From Clostridia bacterium (GTDB lineage Bacteria; Bacillota; Clostridia; TANB77; CAG-508): a stretch of DNA of 64,000 nt. The stretch covers positions 156,946 through 220,945 of the forward strand of contig JAGAKS010000017.1 of the NCBI GenBank assembly GCA_017625465.1, in the 5' to 3' direction. The notes beneath the pieces were generated by a model. That model saw only the letters and a list, made by a program, of their open reading frames with translations, did not search any database and had not been told where the DNA came from. Below, piece by piece: positions 38,557 through 49,344 of the stretch. The position numbers were made by a program, and so were the translations under genes. Each line of letters begins with the position of its first letter. Positions within the stretch are counted from its first letter, which is position 1.

Positions 38557-39630
38557 TTATCTATCTTCATGAGTTGAATTAACATCTTTTGAAGGAGCTG
38601 TATTATTAGGTATGTTTTTAGCTTCTGCTACAATTTGATTAGCAATAGCTAATTTCTTTTCAGGAGTAGTAAAAGCAGACTTTATAGAATCTAAATTCAT
38701 TTGTATTAAATTTGATGTAGTTAAACCAGTTTCACTTAAAACCCAAGCATATTCTTGTTCAATATCTGTATTAGAAACGGTGTCATTGTCTGTATTAAGT
38801 CCAACTGGAATGCCAAATTTAAATATTTTTTCAATAGGATAGCTTCCGTCTGTTTTTCCAGTTACAGCTTGTGTTTGAAAATTACTTGTAGGACAAATTT
38901 CTAATAAAACTTTTTTATCTTTTAATTCTTGCATAACTTCTTTATCTTCAATACATCTAACACCATGTCCAATTCTTTGAGCTCCAAATTGTAAAGCACT
39001 TTTAATGCTTTCTGGTCCATCAGCTTCTCCAGCATGAATAGTAAATGGAACTCCTAATTCTTTTGCTTTTGCAAAAACTTCTTCAAAATTTTTAGTAGCA
39101 AATAAAGCTTCTGCACCAGCTAAATCAGCTGCACATACACCTTTCCCTAGATATTTTTTTGCTAATTCAATTGTATCAAGATTAGCTTGCTCATTATTAT
39201 CGCCTCTCATACAACATAAAATTAAACCGCCATCAATTCCATATTTTTCTTTTGCTTCATCCATACCAGCAATTGCAGCTTCTACAATTTGCTCATAAGA
39301 TAGACCTTTTTGCAAATGTAGGCTTGGTGCAAATCTTACTTCACTGTAAACGACATTTTGCTTAGCTAAATCTTCATATAATTCGTAAGTAGCTCTTTTG
39401 ATATGTTCTTCGCTTTGAAGAAATAGAAGTGGTAAATCAAATTTTTCTAAATACTGATTTAAATCTTTACAATCCTTAGCTACCATAAGTTTTGCTTTAA
39501 CTAAGTCTAAATCAATATCTTTTCCATCTTCGTGTAGCCATTCTTGAACAGTTTCTGGTCTTAATGAACCATCTAAATGTAAATGAAGCACTACTTTTTT
39601 CATTTCATGAATTCTTGCTTGTGTGTCCAT
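38557..39630 (-). CDS. add: adenosine deaminase
   Basis: HLHLDGS metal-binding start, HAGE, and SLNTDN-type motif. Confidence 0.85.
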   Translation of the reverse strand: MDTQARIHEMKKVVLHLHLDGSLRPETVQEWLHEDGKDIDLDLVKAKLMVAKDCKDLNQYLEKFDLPLLFLQSEEHIKRATYELYEDLAKQNVVYSEVRFAPSLHLQKGLSYEQIVEAAIAGMDEAKEKYGIDGGLILCCMRGDNNEQANLDTIELAKKYLGKGVCAADLAGAEALFATKNFEEVFAKAKELGVPFTIHAGEADGPESIKSALQFGAQRIGHGVRCIEDKEVMQELKDKKVLLEICPTSNFQTQAVTGKTDGSYPIEKIFKFGIPVGLNTDNDTVSNTDIEQEYAWVLSETGLTTSNLIQMNLDSIKSAFTTPEKKLAIANQIVAEAKNIPNNTAPSKDVNSTHEDR

Positions 39631-39642
39631 AAAATACTCCTT

Positions 39643-40363
39643 TTATAATCCTAATATTTTTTTTGCTTTATTTATTTCTTCTTGTGTAGGTATTGGAACG
39701 TTTTCTAATGGATACTTATCTCCATATTCTTTCCATTTGAATTTTCCCATATCGTGATAAGGGAGAAGTTCTATTTTTTGAACGGAATTTAATGTGTCTA
39801 TAAAATCTTTCAATTTGTGCAAATCTTCTTCATCGTTTGTGATACCAGGAACTAAAACTTGTCTAATCCATATTGGTATATTATGCTCACTTAAATATTT
39901 TGCAAAATTTAAAGTATTATGGTTTGGAACACCAGTTAATTCAATACATTTATCATTGTCTATGTGTTTAATATCTAAAAGAACTAGATCTGTATATGAT
40001 AAAAGTTCTTTAATATCTGGTGTGATTTTTACACTTCCAGAAGTATCTAAACAAGTATGAATTCCGTTTTCTTTTAATCTTTTAAATAATTGAATCAAAA
40101 ATGGTACTTGAAGTAGTGGTTCTCCACCCGATATAGTAACTCCACCATTAGAGCTATCTATGTAGGTTTTGTTACGAAGTATTTTATTAAATACTTCTGA
40201 AACAGTGTATTCTGTTCCGAGAATGTATATCCCAAGTATCTCTGTTGTGACAATATTTACACTTTAAAGGACAGCCCTGAAGGAATACGACAAATCGTAT
40301 TCCTGGGCCGTCTACAGTGCCTAATGATTCAAATGAATGTATTTTTCCAATTAAATTTTCCAT
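39643..40363 (-). pseudogene. pflA: pyruvate formate-lyase activating enzyme, interrupted by a 1-nt frameshift near 40225
   Basis: N-terminal 50 codons ([15 protein letters not shown] radical-SAM cluster) are in one frame and hit a stop; remainder (GTEYTVSEV...GGEPLLQ...) continues in the +1 frame. Confidence 0.6.
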
Positions 40364-40366
40364 TTT

Positions 40367-42601
40367 CTATATTCTCTCATGAATTGTTCTATTTATAACA
40401 TCTAATTGTTGTTCTCTAGTTAATTTAATGAAGTTAACAGCATATCCTGAAACTCTAATTGTAAGTTGAGGATATTTTTCTGGATGTTCCATAGCATCTT
40501 CTAAAAGTGCTCTATCAAATACGTTAACATTTACATGGTGACTTAATTGAGCAAAGTAACCATCTAATAAAGATACTAAGTTATTAGTTCTAGATTCTTC
40601 ATCTTTACCTAAAGCTGCTGGTACAATAGCAAAAGTATAAGAAATTCCATCTTCAGAATGTTTGTATGGTAATTTTGCAAGAGTATTTAGTACTGAAACA
40701 GCACCATTTGTATCTCTTCCGTGGATAGGGTTTGCACCAGGTCCGAATGGAGCACCAGCACGTCTACCATCTGGAGTATTTCCAGTAGCTTTACCATAAA
40801 CAACGTTAGAAGTAATTGTTAAAATACTCATTGTTGGTTTAGAATTTCTATAAGTTTTTTGTTTTCTAAGTTTGTCCATAAATACTTTTTGAATTTTAAC
40901 AGCGATTTCATCAACTCTGTCATCATCATTTCCGTATTTTGGGAAATTTCCTTCTATTTGATAATCAACTGCTAAACCTGTTTCATCTCTGATAACTTTT
41001 ACTTTTGCATATTTCATAGCTGAGAAAGAGTCTGCAACTATTGATAAACCTGCAATACCACAAGCCATTGTTCTTAAAATATCTTTGTCATGAAGAGCCA
41101 TTTCAATTGCTTCATAAGCATATTTATCATGCATATAATGAATAATGTTTAGAGCATCAACATAAATTTGTGCAACATAATCCATCATATTGTCAAATTT
41201 TTCCCAAACTTCATCATAATCTAAATATTCTGAAGTAACAGGTGCAAATTTTGGTGTAATTTGTTTTCCAGAAACTTCATCTCTACCACCATTGATAGCA
41301 TAAGTTAAAGTTTTTGCAAGGTTTGCTCTAGCTCCAAAGAATTGCATTTGTTTACCAATTCTCATAGCAGAAACGCAACAAGCTATTCCATAATCATCAC
41401 CCCAATATTCTCTCATAAGGTCATCATTTTCATATTGAATAGAGCTTGTCTTTATTGACATTTCAGCACAGAATTTTTTAAATCCTTCTGGAAATCTAGT
41501 AGACCATAATACAGTTAAGTTTGGCTCTGGTGAAGGACCTAATGTGTTTAATGTGTGTAAAACTCTAAATGAGTTTTTAGTAACCATTGTTCTACCATCT
41601 ATTCCCATACCACCAATACTTTCAGTAACCCAAACTGGATCACCACTGAATAATTGATCATATTCAGGTGTTCTTAAGAAACGAATTAATCTTAATTTCA
41701 TAACGAAATGATCCATATATTCTTGAGCTTCTGATTCTGTAATTAAGCCTTTTCTTAAATCTCTTTCAATGTAGATATCTAAGAAAGTAGAAGTTCTACC
41801 AATACTCATAGCAGCACCGTTTTGATCTTTAACAGCTGCTAAGTAACCAAAGTATAACCATTGAATAGCTTCTTTAGCGTTTGTAGCTGGTTTAGAAATA
41901 TCAAAGCCGTATTTTGCAGCCATTTCTTTTAAAGCATTTAAAGCTTTAATTTGTTCAGCAATTTCTTCTCTTTCTCTAATAATTTCTTCTGACATCCAAT
42001 TTGAACGAGCATTAGCAAATTGTTCTTTTTTATCTTCGATTAAAGCGTCTACACCATAAAGTGCAACTCTTCTGTAATCTCCAATTATTCTTCCACGACC
42101 ATATCCATCAGGTAAACCTGTGATTAAGTGTGAACTTCTAGCAGCTCTAATTTCTGGTGTGTAAGCATCAAAAACACCATCATTATGAGTTTTTCTATAA
42201 TTATGGAAAATATCTTCTATTTTATCAGATACTTTTCTATTGTATGCTTCACAAGATTTTTCAACTATTCTAATACCACCATTTGGCATTATAGCTCTTT
42301 TAAGTGGAGCATCAGTTTGAAGACCAACAATATCTTCTAAATCTTTATTTATATATCCTGCATCATGGCTTGTAATAGTTGAAGCAATATCATCAGATAT
42401 GTCTAAAACTCCGCCATTTTCTCTTTCTTTTTTATAAAGTTCAAGAACTTCATTCCATAAAGCTGTTGTCTTTTCAGTTGCACCAGCTAAAAAACTAGAA
42501 TCTCCTAAATAAGGTGTGTAGTTTTTTTGAATGAAATCTCTTACATTAATTTCTTTAGTCCAGTCGCCTGAAACAAAATCATTCCATGCATCAAATTTCA
42601 T
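40367..42601 (-). CDS. pflB: formate C-acetyltransferase (pyruvate formate-lyase)
   Basis: 744 aa; glycyl-radical motif RVSGYAV near C-terminus, active-site CC region. Confidence 0.95.
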   Translation of the reverse strand: MKFDAWNDFVSGDWTKEINVRDFIQKNYTPYLGDSSFLAGATEKTTALWNEVLELYKKERENGGVLDISDDIASTITSHDAGYINKDLEDIVGLQTDAPLKRAIMPNGGIRIVEKSCEAYNRKVSDKIEDIFHNYRKTHNDGVFDAYTPEIRAARSSHLITGLPDGYGRGRIIGDYRRVALYGVDALIEDKKEQFANARSNWMSEEIIREREEIAEQIKALNALKEMAAKYGFDISKPATNAKEAIQWLYFGYLAAVKDQNGAAMSIGRTSTFLDIYIERDLRKGLITESEAQEYMDHFVMKLRLIRFLRTPEYDQLFSGDPVWVTESIGGMGIDGRTMVTKNSFRVLHTLNTLGPSPEPNLTVLWSTRFPEGFKKFCAEMSIKTSSIQYENDDLMREYWGDDYGIACCVSAMRIGKQMQFFGARANLAKTLTYAINGGRDEVSGKQITPKFAPVTSEYLDYDEVWEKFDNMMDYVAQIYVDALNIIHYMHDKYAYEAIEMALHDKDILRTMACGIAGLSIVADSFSAMKYAKVKVIRDETGLAVDYQIEGNFPKYGNDDDRVDEIAVKIQKVFMDKLRKQKTYRNSKPTMSILTITSNVVYGKATGNTPDGRRAGAPFGPGANPIHGRDTNGAVSVLNTLAKLPYKHSEDGISYTFAIVPAALGKDEESRTNNLVSLLDGYFAQLSHHVNVNVFDRALLEDAMEHPEKYPQLTIRVSGYAVNFIKLTREQQLDVINRTIHERI

Positions 42602-42775
42602 AAAATCCTCCTTTTTTGTTACTTATTTTATTATATCCATTTGGAAAAATTCTATCATATAAAAACGAAAAACACAATAGATTATATGTGTTATTTTTAT
42701 GAATTTTGATTGACACGTCGCTTATTAAAATATATAATTTTAATATAAAAATTTTTAGAAAAAAGAGGCGAAAAA

Positions 42776-43360
42776 ATGAAAGTTATTTTAGCATCTTCTT
42801 CACCAAGAAGAAAGGCACTTATGGATTTAGGAAGATTTGAATATGAAGTTTTAGTTAGTGATTTTGAAGAAATGAGAAATACTACTTTATCTATTGAAGA
42901 ACAATCAAAAGATTTAGCATATCAAAAGGCGAAAATAATTTATGATAATACACAAGGTGATAGAACAATTATTGCTGCTGATACTTTAGTTGTTCAAGGC
43001 GACAATGTTTTTGGCAAACCAGTAGATAGAGATGATGCAATAAGAATGTTAAGAGAATTACAAGGAAAGAAACACTATATTTATACAAGTATAGCTGTAC
43101 TTATTGAAAATAAAGGAAAAGAAAAAGAATATAAAGAATTGCATAAAACAGCTGTATATGTAAGACCTATGAATGATTTAGAAATAGCAGAATATATTGC
43201 AACAGAAATGCCTTATGATAAAGCAGGTAGCTATGGGATACAAGATTCTTTCTCAATATTTATTGACAGAATAGAAGGAAATTATACAAGTGCATTAGGA
43301 CTTCCAATTCAAAGAATTTATGAAATTTTAAAAGAAAATGGAATAGTAGGAACTATATAA
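42776..43360 (+). CDS. maf: Maf-family nucleoside triphosphate pyrophosphatase
   Basis: MKVILASSSPRRKALM start and conserved D/E/K pattern, 194 aa. Confidence 0.85.
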   Translation: MKVILASSSPRRKALMDLGRFEYEVLVSDFEEMRNTTLSIEEQSKDLAYQKAKIIYDNTQGDRTIIAADTLVVQGDNVFGKPVDRDDAIRMLRELQGKKHYIYTSIAVLIENKGKEKEYKELHKTAVYVRPMNDLEIAEYIATEMPYDKAGSYGIQDSFSIFIDRIEGNYTSALGLPIQRIYEILKENGIVGTI

Positions 43361-43398
43361 AAAATAAAAGCTTGAGCCAAACTCAAGCTTTTTATATG

Positions 43399-43674
43399 TT
43401 AAAAATCAGATTTTATTTTTGAAAAAAATTCGTTTATCATTGTATTTTGAACTGCTTCCCAGTCTTCATCTAATACATTTGAAACATAGTATTCGTTTTT
43501 CTCTTCTTTTACAACTTCTAATATATCTAAATTATTATATGCACTGTTTTGACTAAAAACGATATCTCCGTTATTTAATGCAACATAGCTCTTGCCGTTT
43601 TCGCAAGTGAAAGCCAAAACTAAATCTGCTTTTTTTGGTATTCCTTTATAATTTACAATTGAAATCTTTTTCAT
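43399..43674 (-). CDS. hypothetical small acidic protein (DUF1292-like)
   Basis: 91-aa ORF with composition and length typical of DUF1292 proteins; weak. Confidence 0.35.
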   Translation of the reverse strand: MKKISIVNYKGIPKKADLVLAFTCENGKSYVALNNGDIVFSQNSAYNNLDILEVVKEEKNEYYVSNVLDEDWEAVQNTMINEFFSKIKSDF

Positions 43675-43683
43675 AATAACTCC

Positions 43684-44031
43684 TTAGTCTAATGGTTTTA
43701 AAGTTTCAAAAAATGGATGATTTAAAATGAAGTTATCCTCAATTGGTTCATCATCATTTGTGTTAGTAACTGTTTGTTCTTCTTTTTTAGAAGTTTCAAC
43801 TAATACTTGATTTAATTTTTGTATTGTAAGTAAATTTGCATCTTGATTTAATATAATAGTTGAATTTTGTGGTAAATAATTTAATTTTCCGACTTGAACT
43901 GCAAAATTGTTTTGTGTATATGCTGAAAATAATTTTGAATTTATTAGTTGCCCTTCATAGAAGTTAGATAATACATCAACATTTTGTTTAGTTACAACAA
44001 CAACACCTTTACATGGAAAAACTGCTTTCAA
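43684..44031 (-). CDS. hypothetical protein
   Basis: 115-aa ORF adjacent/co-directional with previous; no motif. Confidence 0.35.
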   Translation of the reverse strand: MKAVFPCKGVVVVTKQNVDVLSNFYEGQLINSKLFSAYTQNNFAVQVGKLNYLPQNSTIILNQDANLLTIQKLNQVLVETSKKEEQTVTNTNDDEPIEDNFILNHPFFETLKPLD

Positions 44032-44144
44032 AGTAGATACCTCCTAAATTTAGATATATCATACCAATAATATATTTTTTTGTAAACAATTAAAAATAAA
44101 AAAGACTGAAAAATTTGAATGAATTTTTTCAGTCTTTTAAAATT

Positions 44145-45458
44145 TTATCTAAACAAATCCCAAATGCTTGGTGTATTGTTTTGTGGTTGAGATGGCGTTT
44201 CGTTTGGTTTGTCTTGATTAGAAGTATTAGAAGACTCTTTGTTTTCTTCTACAGGTTCTTCACCAAGAGTAATTTTAATTTCTTGTTCTTGACCATTTCT
44301 TAGAATTGTTAATGTAACAGTATCACCGATTTTGTAAGTATATTTGATTTTATTTAATTCTGAAACAGTTTTTACTTCTTGACCTTCAATTTTTGTAATG
44401 ATATCACCTTTTTGAATTCCAGCTTTTTGAGCAGGTGAATTTTCTTCAACAGTTTGAACAGATATTCCTGCTGGTAAACCATAAATTTCTGTTATACTTT
44501 CGTCTATTGCTTGACCTGCTATACCAATATATGGACGTTTAACAGTTTTATATTCAATAAGTTGAGAAACAACATCTGTAGTAGAATTTATAGGAATAGC
44601 AAATCCAATTCCTTCAATACCAGTTCCTGATAATTTTAAATTATTTATACCAATAACTTCACCATTACTATTAACTAAAGCACCACCACTGTTTCCAGAG
44701 TTTATGGCAGCATCTGTTTGTATTGCAAGATATGTTGTGCCATCACTTCCTGAAACTTCACGATTAACTGCACTAACAATTCCTGCAGTAACAGAGAAGT
44801 CCATTCCAAGAGGATTTCCTAATGCCATTACAAATTCTCCTACTTGAAGTTTATCTGAATCACCTAAAACAGCAGGAGTAAGTCCATTTTTCTCAATTTT
44901 TATAACAGCTAAGTCTGTATAAGCATCTGTACCTATTATTTTAGCTTCATATTCTGTATCATCTCCATAAAGCTTAACTTTTAAGCCAGTAGCTTCTGTA
45001 ATTGCATAATATGAAGAAGAGCCACCAGTTGAAACAACGTGATTGTTTGTAATAATGTATCCATCTTCACTAATGATTACTCCTGAACCAGTGGCAGAAG
45101 CTTGACTATTTCCAAACCAAGAATTAACATTGTATGTTACTTCAATACCTACAATACTAGGCAATACAGAACTTGCAACTTCAACGGCTACATCAGAAGA
45201 ATGTGAAACGTTTTTTAAAGTTGTATTATTTGAATTTTGTGGTGTAGAATAACTTGTAGTTGGAGTTTTTGAGGATTCTCCAATTAAAGTTGATTTTACA
45301 GAAGGAACACCAAAACAAATTCCAATAACTAAACTAGCACCAACTATACCTGATAAAAAAGGTACAAATACTGTTTTACCAAAACCTGATTTTTTAGGTG
45401 GAGTAGCTTGCTTAAATTGTTGATCCACGCTATAATTAAATTCATTTTCGTTATTCAT
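44145..45458 (-). CDS. htrA: HtrA/DegP-family serine protease with PDZ domain
   Basis: N-terminal TM, catalytic triad context (ITNNHVV, D, GNSGGAL), C-terminal PDZ. Confidence 0.9.
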   Translation of the reverse strand: MNNENEFNYSVDQQFKQATPPKKSGFGKTVFVPFLSGIVGASLVIGICFGVPSVKSTLIGESSKTPTTSYSTPQNSNNTTLKNVSHSSDVAVEVASSVLPSIVGIEVTYNVNSWFGNSQASATGSGVIISEDGYIITNNHVVSTGGSSSYYAITEATGLKVKLYGDDTEYEAKIIGTDAYTDLAVIKIEKNGLTPAVLGDSDKLQVGEFVMALGNPLGMDFSVTAGIVSAVNREVSGSDGTTYLAIQTDAAINSGNSGGALVNSNGEVIGINNLKLSGTGIEGIGFAIPINSTTDVVSQLIEYKTVKRPYIGIAGQAIDESITEIYGLPAGISVQTVEENSPAQKAGIQKGDIITKIEGQEVKTVSELNKIKYTYKIGDTVTLTILRNGQEQEIKITLGEEPVEENKESSNTSNQDKPNETPSQPQNNTPSIWDLFR

Positions 45459-45612
45459 AAAAGCCTCCTAAATTTTAATTTGTATTAAATACATAATAAC
45501 TCTAAAATTATGTATATTCAAGATAATTTTTTTCTGTTTTTTATTGAAAAAAATATCTTATATAGATATAATACATATAAATAATTAAAATAAACTTAAA
45601 TGAGGAAAAAAT

Positions 45613-46050
45613 ATGTTAAAAAATAATAAAGGCGTTACTTTAACTGTGTTAGTAGTTACTATCATTGTTATTATAATTTTAGCTGGAGTTACTATATCTT
45701 CTTCAGATTCTCTTATAAAAAACACAAAAGTTAAAAATATGGTAACAAATATGTATTTAATTCAAGCAAAAGCAGAAGCCTTGTATGAGGAATATCAGTT
45801 TAATGGGACAACTACTTATGTAGGTACTCCTACAACTGATGTTACTTCTTATGGTGAATCTGCTGGTTCAGAAGATAAATGGTATATATGGGATAAAATT
45901 ACAATAACTCAGTTAGGTTTTGATGAAAATATGCTTTCAAGTGGAGGCGATTTCATTGTAAATTATGCCACTGGAGAAGTTATTTATACTAAAGGGTTAA
46001 AAGATGATGACGGAAATGTAAAATATACTTTATCAAAGCTTACAGAGTAG
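45613..46050 (+). CDS. small secreted/pilin-like protein with prepilin-type N-terminus lacking Glu5
   Basis: MLKNNKGVTLTVLVVTIIVIIILAGVTIS: Gly then hydrophobic helix like class III signal peptides; shares N-terminal motif with the glycine-rich gene at 55427. Confidence 0.45.
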   Translation: MLKNNKGVTLTVLVVTIIVIIILAGVTISSSDSLIKNTKVKNMVTNMYLIQAKAEALYEEYQFNGTTTYVGTPTTDVTSYGESAGSEDKWYIWDKITITQLGFDENMLSSGGDFIVNYATGEVIYTKGLKDDDGNVKYTLSKLTE

Positions 46051-46063
46051 GAGACTTAAAATT

Positions 46064-46690
46064 GTGAAAGAAAAAGAAATTGAACGACTAAATTTATTAA
46101 AACAAGAAGAAATGTCAATATATAGTGATAAAATTCAGTATATCTGTGGAATAGATGAAGCAGGAAGAGGACCTTTAGCAGGACCTGTTGTAGTTGGTGC
46201 AGTTATTCTTCCAAAAGATTCATTTATTGAAGGGGTTAACGATTCTAAAAAGATTTCTGAAAAAAAGAGAGAAAAAATATATGAGCAAATTATTTCAGAA
46301 GCAATTAGCTATGGTGTAGGAATTGTAGATCAAAAAACAATAGATGAAATAAATATATTAAATGCTACAAAATTAGGACTAAAATTAGCAATAGAACAAA
46401 TGAAAACAAAGCCAGATTTTATATTAACTGATGCTTTGAATAATATAGAAACTTTTGGTATTCCATATAAGCCAGTAGTAAAAGGTGATGCAAAACATTA
46501 TTCAATTGCAGCAGCTTCCATTATCGCAAAAGTTACAAGGGACAGAATAATGAGAGAGTGGGATGAAATTTATCCAGTATATGGTTTTGAAAAGCATAAG
46601 GGGTATGGAACAGCAGCTCATATTGCTGCTATAAAAGAATATGGACCATGTATGTTACATAGAAAAAGTTTTATAAAAAATTTTATATAA
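46064..46690 (+). CDS. rnhB: ribonuclease HII
   Basis: ICGIDEAGRGPLAGPVV active-site motif. Confidence 0.9.
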   Translation: MKEKEIERLNLLKQEEMSIYSDKIQYICGIDEAGRGPLAGPVVVGAVILPKDSFIEGVNDSKKISEKKREKIYEQIISEAISYGVGIVDQKTIDEINILNATKLGLKLAIEQMKTKPDFILTDALNNIETFGIPYKPVVKGDAKHYSIAAASIIAKVTRDRIMREWDEIYPVYGFEKHKGYGTAAHIAAIKEYGPCMLHRKSFIKNFI

Positions 46691-46714
46691 AATACTAAAG
46701 ATAGGAGAAATACA

Positions 46715-48016
46715 ATGGATATAAAAAGCATTATTGCTAAGAAACGTAATAGAAAAGAACTTACAAAAGATGAAATAAAAGTATTTGTTGGAAAATACAC
46801 AAAAGGTGAAATTTCAGATGCACAAGCCGCAGCTCTTTTAAGTTACATTTATACCAATGGACTAACAGAAAGAGAAATTGTAGATTTTACTCTTGAAATG
46901 GCTAGCTCTGGAGATATGATAGATTTAAGTCAAATTTCAGATAATATTGTAGATAAGCATAGTACAGGTGGAGTAGGAGATAAAGCAACACTTATATTAA
47001 TGCCAATAATTGCTTCATTAGGACTTCCAGTTGCAAAAATTTCAAGTCGTGGTTTTGGAATTTCTGGCGGAACTATTGATAAATTAGAGTCAATTCCAGG
47101 TTATGATTCAGAAATATCTTTAGAAGAATTCAAGCAAAATGTAGAAAAAGTTGGTGTAAGCATTATTCATCAAAGTTTTAATTTAGCACCAGCAGAAAGT
47201 AAAATATATAAATTAAGAAATGAAATAGGTTGTGGAGATAGCCTTCCAATAATTGCAGCTAGTCTAATGAGCTTAAAAGTAGCTTCTGGAAGTAATAAGA
47301 TTGTATTTGATATTACTTGTGGAAATGGAACATATATTAAAACAAGAGAAGAGGCAAAACGTCTGGCTAGATTATTAAAAAGATTAGGTGTATTACTAGG
47401 TAAAGATGTGGGTTCTGTAATTACATCAATGGATGAGCCATTAGGCTATTCAGTAGGACATATTTTAGAGATAAAAGAAACTTTGGAATGTTTGCAAGGT
47501 AGAATGTCGCAAGATGTAGGAGATGTTGTTGTTTCCCTTGGTAGAGTTATATTAGAGCTTTCTACAAATGTAAAAGATAAAGTACAAAATGAAAGAACAA
47601 TTATTGAAGCAATAAAAAGTGGAAGAGCGTATGATAAATTTAAAGAAATGGTTGCTAGTCAATATGGAAGTTTGGAATACATAGATAATGTTGAAAAATT
47701 CCCAGTTGCAAAAAATGTAATACCTGTATATTCTACTGAAGACGGATTTGTTGAAAGAATAGATGCTGATATTGTAGGAAGTATAGCAAGATATTTAGGC
47801 GCAGGTAGAATGAATAAAGATAGTGAAATTAATAGAACAGCGGGAATAGAACTTAAGAAAAAAATTGGCGATGAAGTAAAAACAGGAGATATTTTAGCGT
47901 ATATTCATACTGATGATGATACAAAAGTAATGGGAGCAACGCAAAATTTAAAAGATGCTTTTAAACTTACAACTAAAAAAGTTATTGTTAAGTCAAAAGT
48001 ATTAGATATTATTTAG
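46715..48016 (+). CDS. pdp: pyrimidine-nucleoside (thymidine) phosphorylase
   Basis: HSTGGVGDK phosphate-binding motif, 433 aa. Confidence 0.9.
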   Translation: MDIKSIIAKKRNRKELTKDEIKVFVGKYTKGEISDAQAAALLSYIYTNGLTEREIVDFTLEMASSGDMIDLSQISDNIVDKHSTGGVGDKATLILMPIIASLGLPVAKISSRGFGISGGTIDKLESIPGYDSEISLEEFKQNVEKVGVSIIHQSFNLAPAESKIYKLRNEIGCGDSLPIIAASLMSLKVASGSNKIVFDITCGNGTYIKTREEAKRLARLLKRLGVLLGKDVGSVITSMDEPLGYSVGHILEIKETLECLQGRMSQDVGDVVVSLGRVILELSTNVKDKVQNERTIIEAIKSGRAYDKFKEMVASQYGSLEYIDNVEKFPVAKNVIPVYSTEDGFVERIDADIVGSIARYLGAGRMNKDSEINRTAGIELKKKIGDEVKTGDILAYIHTDDDTKVMGATQNLKDAFKLTTKKVIVKSKVLDII

Positions 48017-48022
48017 GAGTTT

Positions 48023-49327
48023 ATGATGAATATAAAAGATATTATTGAAAATAAAAAAAGAGGAAATGAGCTTACAAAAGAAGAGATAGAATTCTTTGTA
48101 AATGGTTATACTAAAGGAGAAATTACAGATTATCAAGCTTCAGCTTTGATTATGGCAATTTGCTTAAATGGTATGGTTATAAGAGAAATTTCAGATTTAA
48201 CTATGGCTATGGCATATTCTGGTGAAGTGTTAGATTTAAGTGACATAGCACCAAACATAGTTGATAAACATAGTACAGGTGGAGTAGGAGATAAAATTAC
48301 TTTAATTTTAATGCCTATTATAGCATCTATTGGTGTGCCAGTTGCTAAAATGTCAGGAAGAGGGCTTGGTATTACAGGTGGAACTGTTGACAAATTACAA
48401 TCTATTCCAGGATATGTAACTGATATAGATATTAAAGAATTCAAACAAAATGTAAAAGAAATAGGTATTTCTTTAATTAGTCAAAGTATGGATTTAGCTC
48501 CTGCTGATAAGAAAATATATGCTTTAAGAGATGCAACAGCTTGTGTTGATAGTATTCCACTTATTGCATCTAGTATTATGAGTAAAAAAATTGCATCTGG
48601 CGCAAAAAACATTATTTTAGATGTTACTTGTGGTAAAGGTGCTTTTATGGAAACAAAGAAAGATGCAAGAGTTCTTTCAAAATTGATGAAATATATAGGT
48701 AAAAATTCTGACAGAAATGTTATGTGCATACTTACTAATATGAATGAACCAGTGGGTTATAGTGTTGGTAATTCTTTGGAAGTTGTAGAAGCTGTAAAAG
48801 CTTTAAAAGGAGATATGTCAGAGGATGTAAAAGAAATAATTTTAACATTTGGTTCATATATGCTAAAAATGGCTGGCTTAGGAGATAATATAGAAGAAAA
48901 CAAAGCTAGAATAATGAAAGAAATTGAAAGTGGCAAAGCTTATGATAAATTTGTAGAAGTTGTTAAAAAGCAAGGTGGAGATATATCATATATAGAAAAC
49001 TTAGATAAATTTGAAAAAGCACCATATATAATGCCAGTGCTTAGTCCGAAAGCTGGATATGTTGCTGATTTAAGTGCAGAACTTGTAGGAAGAGCTAGTG
49101 TTGAATTAGGCGCAGGCAGACAAAGAAAAGAAGATGAAATAGATCCAAGAGTTGGAATAATAGTATGCAAAAAAACTGGAGATAAAGTGGAAAAAGAAGA
49201 GGCTATTGCTTATGTTCATGCAAATAGTCCTGAAAAAGCAGAAGAAGCTGTGTTGAAAGTAAAAAATGCATATACTATTGTAGATAAAAAAGTGAAAAAA
49301 CCTAGTGTTATACTAGAAATATTATAA
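48023..49327 (+). CDS. pyrimidine-nucleoside phosphorylase, tandem paralog
   Basis: second HSTGGVGDK protein, 434 aa, collinear similarity to upstream paralog. Confidence 0.9.
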   Translation: MMNIKDIIENKKRGNELTKEEIEFFVNGYTKGEITDYQASALIMAICLNGMVIREISDLTMAMAYSGEVLDLSDIAPNIVDKHSTGGVGDKITLILMPIIASIGVPVAKMSGRGLGITGGTVDKLQSIPGYVTDIDIKEFKQNVKEIGISLISQSMDLAPADKKIYALRDATACVDSIPLIASSIMSKKIASGAKNIILDVTCGKGAFMETKKDARVLSKLMKYIGKNSDRNVMCILTNMNEPVGYSVGNSLEVVEAVKALKGDMSEDVKEIILTFGSYMLKMAGLGDNIEENKARIMKEIESGKAYDKFVEVVKKQGGDISYIENLDKFEKAPYIMPVLSPKAGYVADLSAELVGRASVELGAGRQRKEDEIDPRVGIIVCKKTGDKVEKEEAIAYVHANSPEKAEEAVLKVKNAYTIVDKKVKKPSVILEIL

Positions 49328-49344
49328 TAAAAGGAGGAAGGTAA

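Noticed and set aside
39643-40363. Programmed ribosomal frameshift in pflA
   Set aside because: No slippery heptamer or downstream structure typical of programmed shifts; mutation or assembly error is more parsimonious
44115-44303. 62-aa plus-strand ORF overlapping the htrA 3' end
   Set aside because: Antisense to htrA; basic low-complexity translation
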